From Balanoglossus misakiensis (lineage: Eukaryota; Animalia; Hemichordata), in the NCBI GenBank assembly GCA_040954595.2, contig CM082592.2, forward strand, positions 7,861,677 to 7,925,676: a stretch of DNA of 64,000 nt, read 5' to 3'. A program made the position numbers and the translations under genes. This document shows positions 1 through 40,400 of this stretch, one piece after another. The notes below the pieces were generated by a model. That model did no database searches. It saw only the letters and a list, made by a program, of their open reading frames with translations, and had not been told where the DNA came from. Within the stretch, counting starts at the first letter, position 1. Each line of letters begins with the position of its first letter.

Positions 1-219
1 TGTAATTATTAAAATTCTAAAAAGAAATGAGTAACACACTCAAGAAGAGGGGATGGGGATGGAAATGAGCATTTGTTTGTTTGCTTGCTTTCTTATGTGT
101 GTTGTTCTAGCGTTTTCAATCGCACAAGACATGATGAAAAGCTAAGCTAGAAGTTTACATGCTATGCTATAGCAGAAGGGGAACACGGGGACAATAGCGC
201 CCTCGGTATCAGCATTTTT

Positions 220-26564
<26,345 letters not shown>

Positions 26565-27276
26565 TTTGTATGTCTTTCTAACTGCTGTTTATATCCAATA
26601 AGACTGTTGACACATGAAAGTCGGAATGGTTTTCAGTAAGATTTGTCCAAATCGCGGCAATATTTCCACATCAAATCCCCTACACCCATTAAAATTAAAC
26701 CAATCTCTCAAAACCAATTTTCCCAGACGCCCTCACAGTCTGCGGTACTGCGCAGGGCAGTGTTTGCGACAAGACATATGTCGCAAAGAAAATCATTGCC
26801 GTAAACTGACTATCAAGCCCAGAATTGTGATAATTCAATCATGTCTTGAAGCAAATATCAGACCGGTCTAAAATCCCAATTCTGATTGAAATTTACTTAA
26901 AACATAAACATCAATCTAATTTACAAGAACAAGCAAAGATAAAGACGAGCGAAATGGTCATGTGTAGAACCACATGGTTATCATGTGACTAAGTGGAGGT
27001 CAAAATTTGAATGAATAAATTGCGGGAACCACAATCATTTTTGGTAAGCTCCGTCATATTTTCGCTTTGGGAAGACACCATTTATCGTTAAGGTTTTATT
27101 ACACGACCAATTGTCCACAACAATTGCATAAAAATGTCTAAATCACATTTTCCAGAAATCCTGCGCGCCTAAATTTGTCATGTGACTCAGAGTTCAAGCT
27201 ATATATAGCGCTAGTACAAACTGGTTTGCATTTGCTTGTATTGTAAAGTTCGCCATCTTGTGGTCACTTAAACGTG
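26565..27276. promoter_or_regulatory. Divergent promoter region shared by syntaxin-1 and Ran, including a probable non-coding Ran exon 1
   Basis: Syntaxin ATG at 26564 (-). TATA-like tatatata at 27200-27207, YY1-type cgccatctt at 27251 and donor G|gtaagt after 27276 on the + strand. Confidence 0.65.
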
Positions 27277-28499
27277 GTAAGTGCTCTGTTCAATCCGGCA
27301 AAATGTCTGCCATCCTCAGCCTTTAAAAGTAGCTTTTGAGATATACTATCTATGAAGTGTAGCTTAATATATTTTGATCATATTTGCTTTCCTTGTGACG
27401 GAGATTTTCTGAAAAAAATGACCAGACATCATCCATTGTCCGCTTGCTCAAACGTTCGAGACGTGTATTCAAATATGAATGAAGCCAGTTCCGTGCGAAG
27501 ATATTGTACATTTGATATTTTGAAAGCCTTGCCTTTGGATCGCCTACCATTTTCAGCATGAACGTGTCCTACGACAGTCGAAAACACTGCTTAAAACTGA
27601 AGTTCATCGGAGTGTGTTATTGTGGCACGAAAAGTTCAGTTGCCTGTCACCGTGTGATAACTGCAGGGAGAGTAACGGTCTATCTGTCTGCGGTGCATGT
27701 AATTGTTTCGCTGATTATGACCGACTGATCAGCTGATGAACGTGTGAAATGCGTATATTTATTGAACATACATTTGTAAAAATGACGATCATAAAAGGAG
27801 AATTAAATGTTCATGTCGGTTTTGCCAGGGTACACATCGGAACGACTAAACTGCATTGTCAGTCTAAATGGAAAGCCCTAACCCTACATCAGTCACCGAA
27901 TGAAATTTAACAAGGGCGGAACGAACCAGTTCGCTCCGGTCAAAATTACAGCAAAGCATTCTTTCGTCCGTGTTTTAAACTGCTGAAATTTACTTGCGAT
28001 TACGAAATCATCGAAAATGTCGATCCTGAAGATGCTGTATTGATCGTGTCCTCTGTGTGATGTGTCACATGTACTGTGAATGATGTGATGTTAACTTGTC
28101 CCCAAACGTAGTCACCACTGCCCCTGCAACTATCATCCAAGCTATTGAAATCCCTTATTTTTGTCCATTTCACCTTTATTGATCTTGACTTGTGCTTGTC
28201 AAAAGGTGATTATGTCTTAGGACGGTTTGAGTACACCATGCATGCGTGTTAAGGTTACAGGAAGTGTGTTCCTATGCATGCATGCATGCATGCATATGCA
28301 TGTATTATGTAACCCTAACTGCATAAGTGGCCCCTTGACATGGCACAAGTTACAAACTAAGCAATAGTAGAAAGGCACGACAAAGTCATTATTGGTGCAA
28401 ACAAGCGTTGATAAACCATGTATAGGACCACCAGTTTAACTTTGCCCTATTTTCTTTTTCAGTTGCATCTTAATATTGCACAGAACCAAGGAAATCGAC

Positions 28500-30155
<1,656 letters not shown>

Positions 30156-31705
30156 GTTATTATTAAATAAATGTACTTTTGCAGTCTGCCGCCACTTGTA
30201 TTTACACCCGGAGTCCCCCCTGTATCCCAGAACACCATGCTGTAACCTTGGCAACGTAAAAAGGACCCCTTAAACGAGGAGATACTTGTATATTAAACGT
30301 ATAAATTGAAAAAAAAAATTGGGTAATAAACCCAGCCATTAGTCTGACGGGAAGAGCATTCAAAAAAAGATCGATGAACTTGTGTTCGTGCAAGTTTATG
30401 GAATTCCAAGATCAATTGTAGAACTTGTACACTTTGATATAGCCATCCTTATTTTTTTTTTGAGAAAAAAAACTTCTGTGAAAGAAACTTTGGATCTCAA
30501 GATTGGCAGTAAACTATGGGCTTTGAGTGCCCAGTGCGAAAAATAAACAAATATTTTCTCTGTATATTGTCTCGTTTTCAGAGGCTTCATTAGTTTATTT
30601 GGCGAGAAAGCCATTTTTACGGACAACAATCATTAATTTAAAATGGGTACGGGTGGATAGGAATGCAGGCATACTATTGTCGATGCCAGACAGGATTTTG
30701 TGTCTTCTGGGTTCATGGGGCCAATCTTTGCTTCAAGGCTCCGACTCGCGCTTGAGAAAAAGTTATCTACCTCTGAGAAAGTAACCCACGGAAGTGTATA
30801 TACAAGTGCAGTGGCTCTGAGAAGATGGGTTGTAAACATCAAAGGGCCTTGGACACAAAATCCTTGCATTTTACAAGAATAAACGCGCCAGTTTAGTTCA
30901 ATGCTGTACTTTTTTTCTTCTCATAGCCCTGTTAGTCACATTTAAGATCATAGGGGGGTAGTTTCTAAGATTATTTGAACACAAGATAGAATTTTCACAT
31001 TCTTATTTTTGACAAGTTCTAAATTCTAAAAAGATTGGGCCACCCATGCCATCTATTTACCACTGGTTTCTGTGTAGATTCAATTTTTTTGTATCTTTTG
31101 TGTTTGAATTGTAATGGATAACTTTGATGGAAAATTGAAGGTGACAACTTCACTAATAAATTCCATTTGTATGGTATTCTAAACATCACTTTCTTTGCCT
31201 GTCTTGTATGAAAATGTACTGTTGACAATTTCTTGCACTGTCTCTAAATGACATTTTGGACACTGAGTGAGCTAATTAGCTTTTTCCTGCTCCTGGCTAA
31301 CCGACATTCCCTGCCCATTCATTACACACACACCCGAATGTTTGCACCATTTTATATATCGCAAACTACGTCATGGTGTCAAATATTAACTATCCAATTC
31401 AACTATTAAAGAAACACCCTTCTCATATCAGGTCAAAGGTCATTTCTCGGACCCAATACCAGAGTAACGGTCCGCAATTCACTCTTTCCTGCTAATGTTA
31501 TAGTTTTTCATCCGGGCTACCAAGACATAGAGAGAGAGAGAGCGGACGTGATTGTGTCGTTCGGAATATCAAGTCGAGTGTATGGGCAGACGGAAGATCT
31601 TGCCGACAAATCTGCACACGACGGGCGTGATAGGGTGTACATATATCACCTCCTGTAACGTATTAGCATTACTCATACAAATCCACCCATCAACAGGTAT
31701 CCAAT

Positions 31706-34700
31706 ATGCGGGACAGACTGGCCGCCCTGCAAAAGGTTCGTACTATTTCCCTTTAAGTACTCTCCTCCATAATTTATGACCAGCAGACCGTTTACCACAA
31801 TATTATATTTTCCTGTATACGAATCATAAAATTCATATACCAGACTCGGGGGAAAAGGTCGCGCACTTTGGATATCCCACCGGTGACGTCACAGTGCCAG
31901 GATGAACGCAGACACCGATTCTTTCCCGTTATTTGTCAGTTTTCACACCACTAATTCGTTGCTGCGACACTGAGAGTCATCGGGATGACGTAGAAAGCGA
32001 TTCACGAAGGACCATCCTCGTGTACACCACACACTTCCCTTTCGTACATGTATTTTTAGTTCCGTGACGTCACAGTGAGATGACAAGGCCGGTCGATTGT
32101 CTTAACACGAACCATGGTCAACCACGACGCAGATGAGCTCAATAGGGATTATAGGCTTATGTTTCATACACGACGATCATAAAGTTTAATATCGAAACGA
32201 GGAAATCAAAATACTGCCGGAAATCTCAACTTTCCCTACATTTGTCCATTGTTATAGTACTAGTATTTGCCATACAGTGAACTCTGGCAAGAGTTTTAAC
32301 TATGATGTCACCACTTAAATAAGTCAAAACAAAACAATTGGTCACGAACACGTTTTTCTTATCGTCGTGCACTGTCGACTATTTTACTTGTTTGTTTTTC
32401 TTTATTGGTAATTTAATTAGACTTTAAACTACACTTTGAACCTCATTCTTTCTCAACCAAATATTAAAATAATGTGTCGCATTTGGTTTTACAACTCTAT
32501 CCACATTTGAAACTGCCGGTCCGTCATCAGGCAAGGCTGTGACCTCTGTATTTGACCTTATTCTCACAAAGCTGACGCGAGATGGATAAATATGACACAA
32601 GGCAAAGTATTTCAGGGACTCTTGACTGTTTATATTTTATGATATAGTTTAATAACCGATCAAACGTTTCAGCATCAAGTGGTCGACGGTCAGACAAAAC
32701 TTGCTCACTCAACCAGAGGGTCGTCAGTATCAAAGCGTATATTCTACATGGGCCAAGAAAATATATCAGTATACGCAAAAAGCTTGAGCAATACACACTT
32801 ATATGGTCACACAATTATATTTATGAACTTTGTACCCGATGCCGACGTGGCTGTCATTCGCATTGGCGATGGTTATTCTGTGAAAAATATACTAGGGTGT
32901 GTTTCAGCTAAACCTCGCACCATATTGCCAGCGACTGAATTGTCGGATTCGAATTATATCCGTCAGTAGTGTATCGTCAGTCAGTTATGTTAAAAATTAA
33001 TCAACATTAGACGATGTTAGACTTTGAAAGCAGACGATTGCTATGGTAACTGTTAACACCACACAGTGCTTCCCACTAAACGATACCGTCTGGTATCTGT
33101 ACCCGGGGTTTACGTAATGATCATCCGCAGCGCGTGGTTTTGATATAGCCCCTATAGGTGTCGTGCACGTTTCTGGTAACATCCGCAAAGACGTCGACTG
33201 ATAGATGCGAGTGTCCACGCATGTTGGTTACGCAAAACCACAAGCACTATAGAAATACCAATTATCGCTGACTCGCCAGTCCTTACTGCGAGGAATTGAC
33301 AGCACGCATAAACATACAAACTGTGTTTAATTCCGAATGGTTTATCTAGACTCAAGATGACGAAGATGAGGACAACTTCCAAGATGGCGGCGTCGTCATC
33401 AACCTTGGTGACGAGTGTAGCGGAATCTTTATGGAAGAGTTCTTTCGCGAGGTATACTTGTTTATTTTTACCTAGAGACAAACGAATTAATCTTTTCACG
33501 AGCACTGAAGTAATTTGACAGAAATGATTTCTTTCTCAATTTCTCTGACAATAGCCATGCTGCTATACTACACTGCAGTAATCTGTAGGTCTTTCTACAT
33601 TTAGGCGTACAATCTAAAATGCAGCAAAACTAGCAATATATACGAGAACTGAACATATTTCCAAACTTTACGTTATCGAAAAGAGAAAAAAACGAGTAAT
33701 CGGATTTTAAAAAACAACAACATAAATTTTCGTGTTTGGCGCTTTCAGGTAGAAGAAACCCGCGGCAATATTAACGAAATTCAAGAAAACGTGGAGGAAT
33801 TGAAGAAAACTTACAGTGCGATATTATCTTCTCCACAACCAAAACAAGGTATTTCGTTCTAGGTTCAAAATTAATCCAGATTCAATGCAGATATTGGTTT
33901 TCAAATGAGTGGACGGCATTTTATGTAGTACTTGAAATGTTCTCTGGGCTTATCTAATACAGTCTTGGCCGAGCTTAGCGGAAATATACTTGAATGCGTA
34001 TTTCGGAAAGAATCCGTGAAAGTAATAGTATTTTCTTTCATTTTCGACTTACAGAAGACAAAAATGCGGTCGATAGAATTATGAAAGAAGTTAAGAAACT
34101 TTCAGCGAAAGTAAAGAATAAGTTAAAAGGTAGGTGTTTGAATTTATAAGACTTTTTCCCGTAGAGTTAACCAGTCTCAATACGCTGCAGTAACTTGCGC
34201 CATTATTATGCAAAACACCTCCTTACTTCCCTTCTTTCTCTCTCCAGAGATTGAGAAAGGCATATCTGAGGACAAACTAAAACAAAATTTAAATTCTCCG
34301 GCGGACTTTCGTATAAGAAAAAATCAGGTGAGAACATTTCCCTATGCACTGAACGCTTTACAGCAAATTTATAAGTACACTTGAGTGTTGAATAACTATG
34401 GCTCAATTTACATAATGCAAATTATTTTAGGAATCTATTTATGATTCTTGTGTCGAGCAATGGGGGCGCTGTTCAAAATGGGGTAATGGTTTGAGTTTGC
34501 CTAATGTTTGTTCACTTTGTCGATAACGCAGTATGGGCTGGAAATGATTCCATCACGTATCACATAAGTTATGTTGCTAAGCAACACAGCGTTCTGTGAA
34601 GGTAAAAATGTATGAAAACTACTCTGATGGGTCCACGGGAGACTGTATTTTACTTATTTTGAATTTTCTTTCCACAGTATGGATCACTCCAACACGCTTT

Positions 34701-35919
34701 TCTGCAGGTGGTGACCGCATACAGAAATGCGCAATTGGACTACCGCGAAAAGTGCAAATCTAGAATACACAGGCAGCTAGAAATAAGTAGGTAACCGCGC
34801 GCGCGCCTTACTAAATTCGACGCGCACATGTCTTGTGATGAGCCTACACTACAATCCCTGCAATTGTAAGTTTATTGATTGTTTTGTTGTTTTTCGACAG
34901 CTGGTCAAACCACAACAGACGAAGAAATAGAGAACATGATAGAGTCGGGCACCGGCGCGGTGTTCACGTCAAGTGTAAGTCTATTTAACCCAGCGTCCTT
35001 TTTTCTCTCCGATGGACTGAGAGCCCAGCAACAGTCGAACAATGAAATGGTTTACTAAGCGGGGCATCATCATTCACTTTATATAATGAACTGATTATAT
35101 TTCTAGTATGCGTACAAAAAGATTGAATCCCCCATTACTTCATAATCACACCGTCTTTTAAAACTCATTCTCGCCGTTGTTGCTTAGATTATCACAGAAA
35201 CACAGCAAGCCAAACAAGCACTTGGGGACATCGAAGCCAGGTACGATGAACTTGTCAAACTTGAAAAGAGCATCAAAGAACTACACGATATGTTTTTAGA
35301 CTTGGCAACTCTGGTTGAAGAACAGGTAAGTCAGACGTTTAGGGTGGGGAGTACCGTTTTCCATGTGTGGTGGAGGTGGGGGTAGTGGTGGTTAATCGTG
35401 GTCGCATCGCGTGTGAGAACGATCGAAGTAATATTAATATCATAGACTGCGCATGCTCGAATATTAACCAACCAATCAAATGTATTTATGCAGGGGGACA
35501 TGGTTAACAATATTGAACGGAATGTGGAGGAGACAGTGGATTACGTTGCGCAAGCGCAGGAGTCCACCAAGAAAGCTCGGCAGTATCAGAGTAAAGCACG
35601 GAGGGTGAGTGTAGTTTTGGTGTTCGACTGTGCGTTTCTTGCCGAAATCTCATGCAATCCGCCATTCTCCGTACATAGATTGTAGCGCGTGGATAATTCT
35701 AACCTAGCTAGTGGGTCTGACTGGCAGCCAGTCTCGCATTCGGCGCCCTTAATATTATTTATATACCTCGCATTTGCCCAACCCTCAACTGCCTGTTTTG
35801 TTGATGTGTTAAATGCTCTCCCATTCCAATTTTCCTTGCAGAAAATGATGATTATCGGAGTCGTCGTCGCCATCGGAATTGCAGTTCTCGTCTTGCTACT
35901 CGTACTCTTACTGACTTAG
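31706..35919 (+). CDS. Second plasma-membrane syntaxin (STX1/2/3/4 family), 10 coding exons, ~298 aa
   Basis: Exons 31706-31735 [10 protein letters not shown]; 33350-33451 [10 protein letters not shown]...FMEEFFRE; 33749-33848; 34055-34129; 34248-34327; 34678-34786 ...[15 protein letters not shown]; 34901-34974; 35188-35325 [46 protein letters not shown]; 35494-35604 [11 protein letters not shown]...YQSKARR; 35842-35919 [25 protein letters not shown]. Intron positions and phases match the upstream syntaxin-1. Confidence 0.93.
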
Positions 35920-37405
35920 GGGGTCCATAAGTAGTGAAGGGGCCTGATTGGCGGAGACGTGATTTACAAACTCCCAGAGTGCAGTGTACGGTCCACTGGG
36001 AACTGGTGACCAGGATATGACGCAACACGCGTGACAGTATACCGGATATACACTTTTAGCGATACTGCCCTTTACAAGCGGTGTCAGTACATTAAAGTAT
36101 ATGAAGTAAATATTCTTCTCTGATGTCTGTGAGGAATATATGTATGATCACAAGACATTTCAATAGACTATTCCAATTGTATTTGAATACAGAGGAATAC
36201 CATCTATACAACTGTATACTAATTACGTATGATCATCATCTATAATAACGAGTGATCATATACTAAACCAACGTTTAGCAACAGCGACAATACCTTATTC
36301 TGTTCGTGATAAAATTTGTGATATGGGTTATTGACGAAATAACTTTTTCTTATGGTGCCAATTTACATATGTTGAAATTATGATCGTCCAGTGTCAGGCA
36401 AAATAATATGCAAATTTGTGTTAAATTTATCATGGTTATAAAAGGGGACATCTGTTTTGTGTTCTTAACTGATACAAGTGCAATTTAGCAGACCAGGTAC
36501 TTTTACCAAAGAAATGTTGACCTGTATGTTATTTCTCAAGGTACAAAAGAGAGAAATAAATGTTTTGTGGTTTCGTGAGCGTACGTTGATCGTATTTTGG
36601 CGATGAAGCCAAGTTTCATCACAGAGGCGCCACCAATGTCCCTTCCTACATATTCGTCCGTTTTCCCAAGTTTATGTTAAATCCTCACCAACCCTGGACA
36701 TTTCTAAGTTATCTCAATTTGGGAAGACAGTAATTATGTTTTTTTTTATGTTTTATTCTTTTTCAACACGAGTGTCGTACCAGCTCAGAGACACAATTCT
36801 TATACTGTACCCCCTTACACCCTTAGCAACTGGTTGTTATGTGTGCGTTATGGGTGAATCACTTTAGACTTGAGACTTTGGAGGTCGGACATACCCACCC
36901 CAATATCCCTTTGGACTGAGAATGTGGTGTCTTACCGAACCCTTCACAAGCAAATTTACACCTACATACAGTGACTCAATTAAAGGGGTTCATCAAAATC
37001 TTTCCTGAAGACAGGAAAGGGTGATCATCCCCTGTATTTCTCCGACCCCCCTCCCCGGTTATCAGTGACAGCTCCCTAACATCAGGAGGAAACGAGATAT
37101 CGTGGCTATTTTGGTGACCTGTGGTAAAATTGAAGCAGGGCGGCCGAGATTGTAAATTACCTTGTTGTCTGCGCAAAGTGGCCGGGTGATGCGCCCGGTT
37201 CGGTCATCCTGTCGGAAATGGCGCGAATCATGGGTTAAAAATTAATCTTTGTCGGGCGAGGTCAGATATCGGAGTAAGAAAGGAAAAAAAACGAGATATC
37301 AAAAAGTGTACTTCGCCCTTGGCGTACAACCGACTCGGAACACCGCACCGCCGATCCAGTCCACACGTCGATATTTCAAGGACGGGGGAAAACACATGTT
37401 ACAGA

Positions 37406-40400
37406 ATGGACGCGAAGGCAGCTAGCGACCAGGAGACGCAAACGGCCGACAAGTTGGACATGGACGGGGACATCGCGTCGCCGCCGGAGGAGAAATCGGA
37501 AAAAATCGAACTGGATGGATATGTGAACTCGGCAGCAGCGGGAACGAACGATAAACCACGACAGGGTGTTGTATACGTTTCCGCCGACCAATTCGGCGAT
37601 TCTGTCGGCGATGACGCCAAACTGGAGTACGATGAAAAGGAGGCATCAAAATTGTAAGAAACACAGTATTACTTTGGTGTTTTGTTCCTCCCCCCTGTTT
37701 TTTTTTCTTTCCAGCATTTTGAAATTCTACCATATCTTTACGACAAAGACCTTTAATCAGTTATCTGAGACATAAGATCGTGCGCAACGGTTGTAGATTT
37801 TTACCTAGTTCGTGGTGTTTTTGCGCAGTGAGTTCGCGTACGCGTTGTTCATTAATTACCGTACAAGTACAGGATGCAATTGTTTCACGTGCCGGTCAAC
37901 AGTTTTACCCACGTTATTTTACACAGATATAACTTATGTAAGGTCACTGACGACAGAGGCGGTGCATGCGTGGCTTGGTATAAAGTTTACAACGTCGGTC
38001 TAATACCGACCCACGTTGTAAACTTCACGAGAAAAGCGAGTCATATAAACTGACAGCGTGGCAGGAACCAGCAACTGGGGCGTATTTATTTTGGTCCTGT
38101 CACACGATATGTTTCGGCGACGGATACAGCCGAAACCGACCCCGGCAGTATTCGGAAGCTCTAGCTTATTTTGTGAGTGGAATACCAGCAGCTGCAAACA
38201 AAAGCCTACGCAGTAGTACACGTGTCTGTGGTGTAAATATATTTCACTGTCACGCGGGGTGATAATTTCTCCATACGGCCCAATTATTCAGTCATCATTC
38301 GGACACTCCGGGTAATTTGTGTATGCTACACTAGCATTTCTGATCCAAATAGTGCGATGTCACACGTATATATTGTGTATATTTAAACAGTCAAACAGGT
38401 TTACGATTTTATACACTCCAAAGCTAGGCTAATTATGCAAATTTGGTGATACGCCGTAAACTGTAGCCTAGTTTCTAATCCGCGTACACTAGTACATGTA
38501 GTTCTTAGTCACGGAAAAGAAGCATATGACCGATCGCCAGAACTAAACAGACAACCGTTATGCAAACAAAGCGGTAGAGATAGCAAATCTTCACCATATC
38601 TGATGATGTAAATTAGCATCACGAGTTGGGCCTTGTAAGGTATATTCGTCTCAGGTGCAAGTAACACCTGATTGACAGACTTCGGCCAGGTATCCGCAGT
38701 TGGTACTACTTCACACCATCACTGGCGCCACATTTATCAACGCGCTGCCCTGAGCGGTCGTCGGATGGGCTGCAGGGTCACTGTTTATTGAGGCAAAATG
38801 TCAAGCCTGGTGTTAATTATTTCCATCGATTGGTATACAGTCAAACCTGTCTATAGTGGCCAGTTAAGGGGCTCTCCTAAACTGGCTTTTATAGACAGGT
38901 GGTCTTCACGTTAACTGCACAGGGACTGTAACAAAGTGGCCACTATATAGAGGTGACCACTAACACAGGTATGACACCAAAGTGGCCACTATATAGATGT
39001 TGCCACTAACACATGCCCAGGTTTGACTGTGTAATTGAAAAGTTTCTGGTCAATGTATTCGTTGACCTGAGGATGGAAAGTTACAAGGTGCCAATCTAAA
39101 CTGGCAATGCAACCTGCCCACACCGTCATTATTTCGCACATGGCATGCAAAACACCGTGCCTATGCTGGCTTACACTAATTTGCTGAAGCTGAGAAAAAT
39201 ATTCGGCGAAATAGAAAAATAAGAGCTCTAATGAAGAGAAACTGTCTTTTTATTTCGTGTGGCTATTCCGTTTCGTTCCGTTCCGTTTCGTTCCGCAAAT
39301 TAGTGTAAGCCGTCTATGCTTTCCCTTTCAGAGACAACTGGACGTACAGCAAATTCTGGCTGCTCATGTTCCTCATACTGTGCCTCTCATTCGTGGCGGC
39401 ATTTGTGGTGGGCATGATCTACGGCCGCGACTGTGACGACTGTGCGGAGGCCGCCAATGAAACATATCTGCACGACGTCTACGAGAAAGCGGCGGTGGCT
39501 TCCGACGCAGCTCTGTGTTCCCAGATAGGAAAGTAAGTAACAATCATTTTTTTTAAATGCATGGAACACTAAACAGACGTAATATTAACTACAGGTGAAA
39601 TGTGTAACAGTCAGGCAGTGGTTCCTCCGTAGGGAAGGTCTCAAACACAAACAAAAAAAAGAAAGGTAAAATAAAACATATTATAACGCGAGTCACACCA
39701 TTTACGGCGTTGTTTATTTACACGTGGATAACAATTCAGTTTATGTATTTGTATAACGATTGAACCTTTGAATGTTTGTCCTGCCCTTTCTCGGCTCTCT
39801 GGCCCAGCCATACCTTTGTTTTCAGATCATCGCCTTTGATACAGATTGATAGCAAACATCGACAAACCGCGTTGGATTCCTGCCAGCTGACAAATTGGAG
39901 TGAATTAAAGTGCAATTATGTCCTTCTGAGGTCGCAATGACATGACAGGTTTATCAAAGAGCCACGTTTGTCATGTGCCCATCATTTCAACATCGATATT
40001 TAATGGCTGCCCAGGCTTGCGCTCTTTAGCTGCCATTGAGGTGTGAAATAACGTTAACAATCATGTTTGCACTTGTCGCAAAAATTATGGGGTTCAAAAG
40101 ATAGCGGATTGGCTTCCAATGAAACCAAGGCGTTTTGAGGTAATTCATACTACACTGCTATGCGAACACGCGACAATGGGGACACATGAAAACCCTATAA
40201 AGGAGCCATCTTATCTGATTCGTTTGTTGTCGCGAACTTTGTCGATGGGGTGATCCTCGGGAACAATGCCGTGTCAAGAAGTAAAACGCCCTCACTACAT
40301 GCCCAAGCGCACACTCAAACCCGAGACTTCAAATCAGCATCTACTTGTTTGAATTATTACGGAAGAGATAATGTAGACAGAGATAAAAACGACTACGTCA

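Noticed and set aside
28264-28432. U17/snR30-like motifs (gtgttccta ... aaaccat) in the first Ran intron
   Set aside because: The motifs are ~140 nt apart and interrupted by an (ATGC)n run, and the position expected to be ACA reads ACC.
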